NCBI GenBank assembly: GCA_031459385.1
Contig: JAVKIP010000011.1
Coordinates: 1 to 64,000 of the forward strand
DNA from: Candidatus Fervidifonticultor secundus
Lineage (GTDB): Bacteria > Sysuimicrobiota > Sysuimicrobiia > Sysuimicrobiales > Humicultoraceae
Direction: 5' to 3'
Length of the DNA: 64,000 bases
This document shows, piece after piece, positions 27,346 through 36,985 of the stretch (within the stretch, counting starts at the first letter, position 1; each line of letters opens with the position of its first letter). The notes below the pieces were generated by a model, which worked only from the letters and a program-made list of their open reading frames with translations, made no database searches and had not been told where the DNA came from. Position numbers and translations under genes: made by a program.

Positions 27346-30180
27346 CTAGCGCGTCGCGACAGGCCCTTCGTGTCCCAGCAGCTCGTCCAGCAGGCGCAGG
27401 AGCCGCGCCACGTCGACCGGCTTGGTCAGGTACGCGACCGCGCCCAGCTCCCGTACCTGCTGCACGCGTGCTGCCGTGGCGTCGGCGCTGAGGACAACCA
27501 CGGGAATGTGCTGGAGGTTCGGGTGCGCCTTGAACCGCCGGAGCAGCTCATCCCCTGGCACATCCGGCAGGTGCAGGTCCAGCAGGATCAGATCCGGACG
27601 GTGCTCCAGGGCCAGGTCCCATCCCAGCCGCCCCTGCATGGCGGGCACCAGGCGAATGTACGGCCGACGGGCGACGAGGCGCTCGACCAGCCGGAGGTTG
27701 GAGACGTTGTCTTCGAGGTAGAGCACTGTGCGCGGGGCGACCGTGATCTCGGGCGAGACGGCCGCCGCACGCTCCGTCTCGACGGATGCGGCCACAGCAG
27801 TCGGGCCGGCGGCCAGCGGGAACTCGACCCAGAAGACGCTGCCGCCCCGCGGCCCCGGCTCGTAGCCGATCGTCCCGCCCATCGCCTCGGTGAGCCGGCG
27901 CGACAGGGCGAGCCCGAGGCCCGTACCCTGAACCCCGGTGCCCTCGGCGCCCAGCCGCTCGAAGGGCACGAAGAGCCGCGCAACCTGCCCGGGCGGGATC
28001 CCCGGACCGGTGTCAGCCACGGCGAGCCGCACGCGCCCGTCAGAACGCCCCTCCACCGTGATCGTGACGGCGCCGCCGTCGACGTTGTACTTGATGGCGT
28101 TGGCCCCGAGGTTGAGCAGCACCTGCTTCAGCCGCTGGGCATCCGCCAGGGCGTGCAGGGACGTGTCCTCGGGGGGCCGGCGTGAGAGCGTGATGCCCCG
28201 AGCCGCCGCCAGCGGAGTGAGCAGGTCGAGCGTCTGCTCCAGGATGTCTGCCAGCGGGACCGGTTCGACCGAGATCGTCATCCGGCCAGCCTCGATCCGG
28301 GCCACATCGAGCACCTCGTCGATCAGGCTCAGGAGATGGCGCGAGGCCCTGAGGATGTGCGCCGTTGCCTCGTCGTCCCCGTCGGCGGGCCTGTCCATCT
28401 CCAGCAGCTGGGCAAACCCCACGATGGCGTTCAGCGGCGTCCGCAGTTCGTGGCTCATGCGCGAGAGGAACTCGCTCTTGGCCCGGTTGGCGGCCTCGGC
28501 GGCCCGTCGGGCCTCCTCTAGCTCTGCGGTACGGACGGCGACCGCTCGCTCGAGGTCGGCGGCATACTGCTCGAGGGCCGCGTGGAGATGCGCCTGGTAG
28601 ATGCCGATGGCCAGCTGGTCGGCGATCTCGCGCAGGATCTGCAGTCCCTCGGCCCCGAGCGGCGAGGCGTTGGCGATCACCAGGAAGCCGCGCAGGTCCC
28701 CTGCGATACGCAGCGGGACTGCGTGGAGGTTCTCTGTCGGCGCGGGAGCCGCACGGGCCGGGCCGCGGGCAGCCAGGTCGACGACATCACCCTGCCGGAG
28801 TCGGCCCAGGGCCGCCTCGGTGATGCCAAGGTCGGCCAGAGACAGCCGCGCGCCTGCCGCATGCGGCGCGGCGCCGTGCACCGCAATGACCGCGATGTGC
28901 TCCGCACCGGGAGCGTACTCCAGGAGGGTGGCGTACTGTGCCCCGGCGAGCGCCACGAGCGGCGGCAGGGCGTCAGCCGCGATCGCCGCACGCGTCGGGG
29001 CCGAGAGGACTGCGCGGCCGATGCCGTGCATCAGCTCGAGGCGTCGGGCATGGCGTTCGAGCGCCGCCCTGCTGCCGTCGAGTTCCATGGTCTTCGCCTG
29101 CAGGCCCGCGGCCATCTCGTCGAACGTACGGGCCATCTCGCGGACTTCCGCCGCGCCCCCAACCTCCCCGACCCTGGTCGCCAGGTGCCCGCTGCCGAGC
29201 CGCGTGGCGGCGTCGAGCAGCGCCCGCACCGGTCGGAGGACCTCGCGATCCGCCACGAGCATCGCCGCCGCGAGCACCAGCCCCGCCACCAGGAGCACGC
29301 CGACGATGTTCGCCGCCGTGGCGCGGTCGATGGCGGTGTAGACGGAGGCCAGAGGAATCCCCACGGCGACCACGACGCGCCCGCCCGCGCCGGTGTCGTC
29401 GAGCGGCGTGAACGCGTACAGACGTCGGACGCCGTCTGCGCCGGGGGCCTCGGCCACGCCTTCGGCGGTGGCGACGCGGAGCAGTCGGACGATCGGGGCC
29501 TCCGGCAGGGTGCGACCGACCAAGCCGTCCAGGTGAGGCTGCCGGGCGAGCACGGTGGCGTTGCGGTCCACCACGATCAGCGCCCCGCCGTCGGGCAGCC
29601 CGATCCGCTGGCTTGCGCGCTCCAGCGCCGCCAGGCTCACGGCGGCGAACACCACGCCCCGCAGTGTCCCGCCCGGTCCGATGACCGGATACCCGAAGTT
29701 GATCGTGGGCTGGCCCGTAATGCGGCCGATCTGGTACTCGCCGACCGAGAACGTCCGGTAGCGTGCCGCGTGCTGGAAGTACTGGCGATCGGCGACGCTC
29801 ACCGGCCGCCGCGACGGGCGCGCGCTGCAGACGACCACCCCATCTGGCGCCGCCACCCCGAGGTTGGCGTACGTAGGGTGCTGGGCCAGCAGGTCGCCGA
29901 AGAGCCTGCTGCACCGCGCGGGATCCCAGGGCTCTTCCTGGATCACGCGTGCCAGGACCGGCAGGAGGTGCTGCGCGCTGGCAATGAACAGGCGGTGGTG
30001 TTCCCGTGCGCTCCGCGCGAGCCGGAGCGCTTCCGCGGCCACGTCGTTGCGCGCGCGGCTGCGCTGGCTGCCCCCGGCGTACAGGTGCAGGCCCACGAGG
30101 GGAATGACGGCCAGGAGGATCAGGCGGCGGACGTGGGTGCGGAGGTTGGCACCTGTGGCCGCAACCGTTGCGCGAGCCGT
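27346..30180 (-). CDS. Hybrid sensor histidine kinase (dCache-HAMP-GAF-HisKA-HATPase-REC); start anomalous
   Basis: DRQYFQ Cache motif, HAMP, FLSRMSHELRTPLN, NAIKYN, DTGPGI, GTGLGL, REC LLDLHLPD..KP. Confidence 0.92.
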   Translation of the reverse strand, partial: TARATVAATGANLRTHVRRLILLAVIPLVGLHLYAGGSQRSRARNDVAAEALRLARSAREHHRLFIASAQHLLPVLARVIQEEPWDPARCSRLFGDLLAQHPTYANLGVAAPDGVVVCSARPSRRPVSVADRQYFQHAARYRTFSVGEYQIGRITGQPTINFGYPVIGPGGTLRGVVFAAVSLAALERASQRIGLPDGGALIVVDRNATVLARQPHLDGLVGRTLPEAPIVRLLRVATAEGVAEAPGADGVRRLYAFTPLDDTGAGGRVVVAVGIPLASVYTAIDRATAANIVGVLLVAGLVLAAAMLVADREVLRPVRALLDAATRLGSGHLATRVGEVGGAAEVREMARTFDEMAAGLQAKTMELDGSRAALERHARRLELMHGIGRAVLSAPTRAAIAADALPPLVALAGAQYATLLEYAPGAEHIAVIAVHGAAPHAAGARLSLADLGITEAALGRLRQGDVVDLAARGPARAAPAPTENLHAVPLRIAGDLRGFLVIANASPLGAEGLQILREIADQLAIGIYQAHLHAALEQYAADLERAVAVRTAELEEARRAAEAANRAKSEFLSRMSHELRTPLNAIVGFAQLLEMDRPADGDDEATAHILRASRHLLSLIDEVLDVARIEAGRMTISVEPVPLADILEQTLDLLTPLAAARGITLSRRPPEDTSLHALADAQRLKQVLLNLGANAIKYNVDGGAVTITVEGRSDGRVRLAVADTGPGIPPGQVARLFVPFERLGAEGTGVQGTGLGLALSRRLTEAMGGTIGYEPGPRGGSVFWVEFPLAAGPTAVAASVETERAAAVSPEITVAPRTVLYLEDNVSNLRLVERLVARRPYIRLVPAMQGRLGWDLALEHRPDLILLDLHLPDVPGDELLRRFKAHPNLQHIPVVVLSADATAARVQQVRELGAVAYLTKPVDVARLLRLLDELLGHEGPVATR

Positions 30181-30366
30181 GGACGCACCCCCTTTCTCCG
30201 ACGCGCCGGCGCCCGGGCGTGATGTCGAGCAGCGCTAGATGGCGCTACAGATGGTATGCCCAGGTGGGCGGATCCAGACCACCGGCCTGGGCGTGGCGAG
30301 CGCCGTGCCGCCGGACGACAGGAAGCCACGTGCGCTGCCGCGAAGCGCGCAGGCGTGGCTGGACGC

Positions 30367-31341
30367 GTGCACGACCGCGCGCCGCGGCCGCTCGTCGCCG
30401 GTGCAGTGGTTGCACTCCTGGTGTGGGCGCGGGGCCCCACTGCCGGCGGCCAGGCGCCCGCCGGCGGCATCTTCGTAAACGATCCGGGCAACGCCCGCGT
30501 CGTCCGTCTGGCCGACCTGACCGGCGCGGGGTGGACGGCGCTGGCCACCGGGGGAGACGCGCGGGGCGGCGGCCGCCACTTTGCCTTCCAGTCAGGCATC
30601 GCCCTGGATGCCCGGGGCCGGATCTACTTCACCGACGCCACGCGCTCACGCCTCGTCCGCGTCGACGACCTCAGCGGCGCGGGCTGGGTTGCCTTCGGCA
30701 CCCGCGGGAGCGGGGTCGGCCAGTTCGACCTGCCGGCCGGGGTGGCCGTGGACGCCGCCGGCCGCATCTACATCGCCGACGCCAGCAACGCGCGCATCGT
30801 GCGCATCGCGGAGATGACGGGTGCGGGATGGGTGGCGTTGGGAACGCGCGGGGCCGGGGTCGGGCAGTTCAACTTCCCGCAGGGAATCGCGGTGGACGGC
30901 GCGGGGCGCATCTACGTGGCGGATGCGCTCAACGACCGCATCGTGCGCGTCGACGACATGCGCGGGGCGGGATGGACGACGCTGGGCCGTCCCGGGGCCG
31001 GCGTGGGGCAGTTCGACTTCCCGGCGTCGGTGGCGGTGGGCCGCGACGGGCGAGTCTACGTCACCGACTCGTCCAACGACCGGGTGGTGCGCGTGGACAG
31101 CATGACCGGAGCCGGCTGGGTGGCGTTCGCCGGGCTGAGCTCGCGCGCCACGGAGTTCGCCTTTCCCACGGGACTGGCGGTGGACGCGGCAGGCCGCATC
31201 TACGTGACCGATGAGATGCACCGGATCGTGCGCATCGCCGACATGAGCGGCGCGGGCTGGACGGCGTTCGGGACCATGGGGGGAGGGGTCGGCCAGTTCT
31301 CCTTCCCCTCGGGGATCGCTGTCGCACCGGCCGTGCGGTAG
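30367..31341 (+). CDS. Secreted NHL-repeat beta-propeller protein
   Basis: Six ~48-aa repeats GxAVDxxGRIYVxDxxNxRIVRxxDMxGAGW...GQFxFP; hydrophobic N-terminus; start uncertain. Confidence 0.88.
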   Translation: MHDRAPRPLVAGAVVALLVWARGPTAGGQAPAGGIFVNDPGNARVVRLADLTGAGWTALATGGDARGGGRHFAFQSGIALDARGRIYFTDATRSRLVRVDDLSGAGWVAFGTRGSGVGQFDLPAGVAVDAAGRIYIADASNARIVRIAEMTGAGWVALGTRGAGVGQFNFPQGIAVDGAGRIYVADALNDRIVRVDDMRGAGWTTLGRPGAGVGQFDFPASVAVGRDGRVYVTDSSNDRVVRVDSMTGAGWVAFAGLSSRATEFAFPTGLAVDAAGRIYVTDEMHRIVRIADMSGAGWTAFGTMGGGVGQFSFPSGIAVAPAVR

Positions 31342-31350
31342 GATGGGGGC

Positions 31351-32049
31351 ATGATGGGTCCCCTCGCACAGACCGCCACGGCGGCGGCCACCGTGGCCGC
31401 GATCACCATCGGCCAGAGCCCGCGGCCCGACATCATGGACGAGGTGGTGCCGCTGCTGCCGTCGCGCGTCCGCGTGGTGCAGACGGGCGCGCTCGACGGC
31501 CTCTCCCTGGCCGAGGTGGCCGCCATGCGCCCGGAGCCGGGGGACCACACCCTGGTGACGCGGTTGCGCTCGGGCGAGGAAGTGCTGATCGGCATGCAGC
31601 GTGTCGCGCCGCGGGTGCAGGCGTGTATCGACGCGGTGCAGGACGCCGCAGATCTCATCGTGGTGCTGTGCACGGGGACGTTCCCGCAGCTGCGCTCGCG
31701 CCGGCCCGTCATCTATCCGGAGCACCTGCTGCTGCAGGTAACCCGTGCCGTCAGCCCCGGCGCGCATGTCGGCGTGCTGACACCGGCTGCAGCGCAGATC
31801 CCCCACCAGGAGCAGCGGTGGGGTATGGTGGCCTCGGCGGTGACCGTGCGGGCCTACGCGCCGTACGCCACCCGTGAGAGCGTAGAGGAGGCCTGCGCAG
31901 CCTTTGCCACCGCAGGCGTCGATCTGGTGGTGCTCGACTGCCTGGGGTACACGGTGGCGCTCAAGGACACCGTCCGGCGGCTCGTGGGGCGCCCTGCGCT
32001 GCTGGCCCGCACGCTGCTGGCGCGCGCGGTGGCCGAACTGCTGGGCTGA
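31351..32049 (+). CDS. AroM family protein
   Basis: TIGQSPRPD, LVTRL, LCTG.FP, LDCLGY. Confidence 0.85.
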   Translation: MMGPLAQTATAAATVAAITIGQSPRPDIMDEVVPLLPSRVRVVQTGALDGLSLAEVAAMRPEPGDHTLVTRLRSGEEVLIGMQRVAPRVQACIDAVQDAADLIVVLCTGTFPQLRSRRPVIYPEHLLLQVTRAVSPGAHVGVLTPAAAQIPHQEQRWGMVASAVTVRAYAPYATRESVEEACAAFATAGVDLVVLDCLGYTVALKDTVRRLVGRPALLARTLLARAVAELLG

Positions 32050-32055
32050 CGGCGG

Positions 32056-32084
32056 TTGACGCGGCAGGCGGCGGCGGCTAGCAT
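32056..32084 (+). promoter_or_regulatory. Sigma70 promoter of thrS leader
   Basis: TTGACG-N17-TAGCAT. Confidence 0.7.
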
Positions 32085-32090
32085 GGGCTC

Positions 32091-32380
32091 TGCGGTGGCG
32101 AGGACGAGGACGAGGGCGCCGGGCGTCCGGCCGGAGCCGCGCGCAGCGGCGGAGAGAGGCGGGGCCACCGGCTGAGAGCCCCGCCGGCTGGATCGGCGAC
32201 ACACCACCTCTGAGCCGCGGTCGACGGACAGGCGCGACGGCGCCCGTCACGGAAGACCGCCGGGTGCGCCCGAGAGCGCGCAGCGAGCGTCTGACACCGC
32301 GCCTGCCAGGCAGGCCGGTGCGGGCGAAACGAGGGTGGAACCGCGGACAGCCCGCCCCTCAGGGGCGGGCTGTTGTGTTT
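32091..32380 (+). ncRNA. T-box riboswitch (Thr, specifier ACC ~32203-32205)
   Basis: AGAGA and GCTGAGA stem I motifs; T-box AAACGAGGGTGGAACCGCGG 32327-32346; terminator ACAGCCCGCCCCT/AGGGGCGGGCTGT followed by T-rich tail. Confidence 0.9.
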
Positions 32381-32404
32381 GCGTATGGAAGGGGAGGAGG
32401 CGCG

Positions 32405-34324
32405 ATGCCGCGCATCAGGGTGCAGCTAGCGGATGGGTCCACGTACGAGGTGGAGACCGGGACGACGGCCGGCGCGCTGGCCCGGCGACTGGGGCTGCGT
32501 GACGCGATCGCCGTGCTGGTCAACGGCCGGGCCCGGGACCTGGCCGCGCCCCTGGACGACGGGGCGAGGGTGCAGTTCCTCACCTTCGAGGATCCCGCCG
32601 GCCGGGAGATCTTCTGGCACTCCACGGCGCACCTGCTGGCCCAGGCGGTGAAACAACTGTTCCCGCAGGCGAAGCTGGCCATCGGCCCGCCGATCGACGA
32701 CGGCTTCTACTATGATTTCGACATCGGCCGGCCGTTCAGCCCCGAGGACCTGGAACGGATCGAGGCGCGCATGCGCGAGCTCGCGGCTGCCGACCAGCCC
32801 ATCGAGCGGCTCGAGCTGCCCCGCCAGGATGCGCAGCGGCGCCTCGAGCAGGATGGAGAGGTCTACAAGCTGGAACTGCTGGCCGAGATTCCCGACGCGC
32901 ACGTCTCTTTCTACCGGCAGGACGGCTTCCAGGACATGTGCCGCGGGCCGCACCTGCCGCGCACGGGCCTGATCGGCGCGGTGAAGCTGCTGTCGACGTC
33001 CGGCGCATACTGGCGCGGGGACGAGCGCCGGCCGATGCTCCAGCGGATCTACGGGGTCTCGTACCCCACGGCGGAACGGCTCGACGCGCACCTGCAGCGC
33101 CTGGAGGAGGCGCGGCGGCGGGACCACCGGCGGATCGGGCGCGAGCTGCAGTTGTTCCACATCGCGCCAGAAGTGGGCCCGGGGCTGCCCCTGTGGCTGC
33201 CCAAGGGCGCCACGATCCGGCGGATCGTGGAGCGCTACATCGTGGACCTGGAGCTCGCCGCGGGTTACCAGCACGTCTACAGCCAGGAGCTGGCATCCTC
33301 GACGCTCTACAAGATCTCCGGGCACTGGGACCACTACCGCGACAACATGTATCCGCCCATGCAGGTGGACGCCGAAGAACTGGTCCTGCGTCCCATGAAC
33401 TGCCCCCACCACATCATGATCTACCGGGTGGGGCAGCGCTCCTACCGCGACCTGCCGGTCCGCATCGCCGAGCTCGGCCGCGTGTACCGATATGAGCGGT
33501 CCGGGGTGCTCGCAGGGCTGGCGCGCGTGCGGGGCATGACCATGAACGACGCCCACATCTTCCTGCGCCCCGATCAGATCAAGGACGAGATCGCGGCCGT
33601 CGTACGCCTGATCCAGCGAGTCTACGCCGACTTCCGCATCAGCGGCGCCTGGTACCAGCTCTCGCTGCGCGACCCGGCCGACCGGGAGAAGTTTATCCAG
33701 AACGACGCGCTGTGGGACCAGGCGGAGCGGATGCTGCGGGAGGCGCTGGGGGAGCTGGGCATTCCCTACCGCGAAGCGATGGGCGAGGCGGCGTTCTACG
33801 GGCCCAAGATCGACGTGCAGGTGCCCACGGCGGCGGGCAAGGACGAGACGATCTCCACGGTGCAGCTCGACTTCCTGCTGCCCGAGCGGTTCGCGCTGGA
33901 GTACATCGGCGAAGACGGCCGGGCGCACCGCCCGGTGCTGATCCACCGGGCCATCACCAGCACCATGGAGCGCTGGGTGGCGATGCTGATCGAGCAGTAC
34001 GAGGGGAAGTTCCCGCTGTGGCTCGCGCCGGAACAGGTGCGCGTGCTGCCGATCGCGGACCGCCACCACGACTACGCCCGCGCCGTGGGCGACCGCCTGG
34101 CCGCCGAGGGCCTGCGGGTGGCCGTCGACGCGTCCAACGAGCGGATCAGCTACAAGGTCCGTCAGGCGCAGCTCGAGCACGTGCCCTACATGGCCGTGGT
34201 CGGCGACAGGGAGCAGGCGGCGGGCACGGTGGCGGTGCGCAGCCGGTCCGCTGGCGACCTGGGCCCGATGCCGGTCGAACAGTTCCTGGCGCGGCTGCGC
34301 GACGAGGTGGCGGCCAGGGCCTGA
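32405..34324 (+). CDS. thrS: Threonine--tRNA ligase
   Basis: TGS domain, HSTAH, GFYYDF, CRGPH, RDHR, RPMNCP, YGPKID. Confidence 0.97.
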   Translation: MPRIRVQLADGSTYEVETGTTAGALARRLGLRDAIAVLVNGRARDLAAPLDDGARVQFLTFEDPAGREIFWHSTAHLLAQAVKQLFPQAKLAIGPPIDDGFYYDFDIGRPFSPEDLERIEARMRELAAADQPIERLELPRQDAQRRLEQDGEVYKLELLAEIPDAHVSFYRQDGFQDMCRGPHLPRTGLIGAVKLLSTSGAYWRGDERRPMLQRIYGVSYPTAERLDAHLQRLEEARRRDHRRIGRELQLFHIAPEVGPGLPLWLPKGATIRRIVERYIVDLELAAGYQHVYSQELASSTLYKISGHWDHYRDNMYPPMQVDAEELVLRPMNCPHHIMIYRVGQRSYRDLPVRIAELGRVYRYERSGVLAGLARVRGMTMNDAHIFLRPDQIKDEIAAVVRLIQRVYADFRISGAWYQLSLRDPADREKFIQNDALWDQAERMLREALGELGIPYREAMGEAAFYGPKIDVQVPTAAGKDETISTVQLDFLLPERFALEYIGEDGRAHRPVLIHRAITSTMERWVAMLIEQYEGKFPLWLAPEQVRVLPIADRHHDYARAVGDRLAAEGLRVAVDASNERISYKVRQAQLEHVPYMAVVGDREQAAGTVAVRSRSAGDLGPMPVEQFLARLRDEVAARA

Positions 34325-34426
34325 CGCGGGGCACGGCACATCGGGCCGGCGGTCGCACTCGACGGGAGCGCGCCGGCTGCGCCCGGTACGCCTGCGAGGC
34401 GTTGGCCGATCTACGGGGCAGACGCC

Positions 34427-36985
34427 ATGCTGCCGCATGCGCCGCTGCTGCCCCCGCTGGTCTGGATCGCCGCGGCCACAGCCAGCGGCATCGCCCTGCA
34501 CGCGCACTGGCCGGCGCCGTGGGGCCCAAGCGCCGGGGTGCTCGCGGTCCTGGTCGCCGTGTGGGCTGGCCTCCTTCGGCGTGGTTGGGAACACCTGGGG
34601 GCGGTCCTGGCGCTTGGCGCCTGCGCCGCCCTGGGGTTCGTGCACGCGGCCGCCGCCGACGCCCGCCAGCCATCCTGGCCCGCGGCTGCCGACGGGCGCC
34701 GTGTCGAGATCCGCGGCGCGATCCGTGCGGGCCCCGAACCCGGTCCCCACGGCTGGTGGGCCGTGGTGCGCGTGCGCGGCCTGCGCGTGGCCGGAGCGGT
34801 GCCGCGCGGTCGCCGCACCGGCATGCCGCCGTGGGAGGCGCCGCTCGGTCCGGTCGAGGCTGCGGCCGGGCTCGTGCGCGCCACCGGGCGCGGGCCCACG
34901 CCCGCCGTCCGCCCGGGCGACGAGGTGCTGCTACGCGGGCGCTTCCGGCTGGGCCGCCCCGCAGGCAACCCCGGCGAGCGCGCGGAACGCGACGCGCTGC
35001 GCCGGCGCGGGCTGGCCGGCGTCATTGCCCTCGACCGGGACCGCGGGCTCGAGGTGATCGGCCGGGCGGGATGGTCGCCGCGCGCGGCGGTCGGTGCGGC
35101 GCGTCGCCGGATCGTCGAGGTCACGCGGCGAGCGCAACCCGATCCCCACGCGGCGCTGGTACTGAGCCTGCTGCTCGGCATCGACGCATTCCTGCCGCCC
35201 GAGCTCTACCAGCGGTTCACGCAGGCCGGGCTGGTGCACCTCATGGTCGTCTCGGGCGCGCAGGTCGCCATCGTGGCCGGTGTGCTCGCAGCGCTGGCGG
35301 GCGCCCTCCGGCTGCACCCGTGGGTCCGGGCGGGGCTCGTGGGCACCGGCATCGGGACCTTCGCCGCGCTCGTGGGCTGGGCGCCGTCGGTGGGCCGGGC
35401 CGTGCTCATGACTGGCCTGGCCCTGATGGCCGCCACGGTGGGACGGCAGCGCGATCCGGCGACGTCGCTCGCGGCCGCCGCGCTGGGCCTGCTCGCCGCG
35501 AATCCGGCCGTGCTGTTCGACGTGGGGTTCCAGCTGTCGTTCGCCGCCACCTGGGGGCTGCTCTATCTGGCCCCGGTACTGGCGGCGACGGTCGGGGCGG
35601 TCCCCGCGTGGGCGGCGCGGGCCGCGCCGCCCGCGCAGGGTGTGGCCGCACCTGCGGCGACGGGGGGCCGCGTCATCGGCGCCCGTCGCATCCTCGCTGC
35701 CGTGGTGGCTGGCCTGGCTGCGTCGCTGGGCGCGCAGATCGCAGTCGCGCCGCTGCTCGCCCTGCACTTCCAGAGCCTGCCGGCTGCCGGGCTCGTGGCG
35801 AATGCGCTGGCCCTGCCCATCGTGGCGTCGCTGGTGCCGGTAGGGTTCGCGCTGCTGGCGGTGGTGCTGCTGCTGCCGGACCTGGGCGGCGCGCTGCTGG
35901 GGCTGCTGCGTCCCGCGACGGCCGCGCTCGTCTGGATCGCCGAGCGCACGGGCGGGCTGCCATGGGCGGTGGTCACCACGCCTCCTGTGTCGGCGCCTGT
36001 GGCTGCGGTCGCGTACCTGGCGCTCGGGGCGGCCGTCGCCGCAGGCCGCGGCACCTGGCGGCCCGCGCGGAGCGTGCGCACCGGCGCTGCCGCGGTCCTG
36101 GTCGGGGCCAGCGCGATCTGGCTGTCCGCAGCCGTGCGGCCGCCGTCGGTCCTGCTGGTCACGGTCCTCGACGTCGGGCAGGGCGACGCCATCCTGATCC
36201 AGAGTCCCTCGGGCCGCGTCGCGCTCATCGACGCGGGCGGCGACCTGGATGCCGCAGCCACCGGCCGCGACGTGGGGCGGCGCCGGGTCCTCCCCGCCCT
36301 GCGCCGTGCCGGCGTGCGCCGTCTGGATGTGGCCGCGCTCTCGCACCCGCACGAGGACCACGTGGGAGGACTGCCTGCGGTCGTGGAGAACTTCCCGGTC
36401 GGAGTCGTGCTGGATCCCGGCGTCCCGCATCCATCGCCCGCCTATCTCCGCCTGCTGGGCGCCATCCAGGGCGGGCGGATTCCTCACCGAATCGCGCGGG
36501 AGGGTATGGAGGTGGACCTCGGGGCGGGCGTCCGCCTCTCGGTGCTCTATCCGCCGGACGTCCCGCCCGCCGTCGACGACGACCCGGTCCACGCCCGCGG
36601 GCTGGTGGCCCGCGTGCAGTACGGCGCGTTCGCCGCGCTCCTGACCGGTGACGTCGAGGACGGCGTCGAGGAGTACCTGCTCGGCCGCGGGGTGGTGCTG
36701 GAGAGCGTGGTCCTCAAAGTCGGGCACCACGGGAGCCGGACGTCCACCAGCGCCGCGTTCGTGGCCGCGGTCCGTCCACGGGTCGCGGTCCTCTCCGTGG
36801 GGGCCGACAACGTCCACGGTCACCCGCATCCGGCGGTGCTCGACGCGCTCTGGCGCGCGGGGGCCCGCATCTACCGCACCGACCGGCACGGCGCGGTGCG
36901 CATCGAGAGCGACGGGGTCGTCCTCCGCGTGCGGCCCCATCGCGGCGAGCCTGCCCCGGGGCCCGATGCCGTGCGCCTGCCGTGA
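34427..36985 (+). CDS. comEC: DNA internalization competence protein ComEC/Rec2
   Basis: HLMVVSG, GFQLSF, LDVGQGDA, SHPHEDH, LKVGHHGS, RTD..GA. Confidence 0.93.
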   Translation: MLPHAPLLPPLVWIAAATASGIALHAHWPAPWGPSAGVLAVLVAVWAGLLRRGWEHLGAVLALGACAALGFVHAAAADARQPSWPAAADGRRVEIRGAIRAGPEPGPHGWWAVVRVRGLRVAGAVPRGRRTGMPPWEAPLGPVEAAAGLVRATGRGPTPAVRPGDEVLLRGRFRLGRPAGNPGERAERDALRRRGLAGVIALDRDRGLEVIGRAGWSPRAAVGAARRRIVEVTRRAQPDPHAALVLSLLLGIDAFLPPELYQRFTQAGLVHLMVVSGAQVAIVAGVLAALAGALRLHPWVRAGLVGTGIGTFAALVGWAPSVGRAVLMTGLALMAATVGRQRDPATSLAAAALGLLAANPAVLFDVGFQLSFAATWGLLYLAPVLAATVGAVPAWAARAAPPAQGVAAPAATGGRVIGARRILAAVVAGLAASLGAQIAVAPLLALHFQSLPAAGLVANALALPIVASLVPVGFALLAVVLLLPDLGGALLGLLRPATAALVWIAERTGGLPWAVVTTPPVSAPVAAVAYLALGAAVAAGRGTWRPARSVRTGAAAVLVGASAIWLSAAVRPPSVLLVTVLDVGQGDAILIQSPSGRVALIDAGGDLDAAATGRDVGRRRVLPALRRAGVRRLDVAALSHPHEDHVGGLPAVVENFPVGVVLDPGVPHPSPAYLRLLGAIQGGRIPHRIAREGMEVDLGAGVRLSVLYPPDVPPAVDDDPVHARGLVARVQYGAFAALLTGDVEDGVEEYLLGRGVVLESVVLKVGHHGSRTSTSAAFVAAVRPRVAVLSVGADNVHGHPHPAVLDALWRAGARIYRTDRHGAVRIESDGVVLRVRPHRGEPAPGPDAVRLP

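Noticed and set aside
30500..31320. Periodic DNA repeats as a possible CRISPR array
   Set aside because: The repeats are in-frame, degenerate at third codon positions and encode NHL blades; no spacers or cas genes.
33712..36651. 979-aa and other long alternative-frame or antisense ORFs (e.g. 40271-42745, 52513-54813)
   Set aside because: Arg/Ala/Gly/Pro-rich shadows of real genes, expected from stop-codon scarcity at this GC content.
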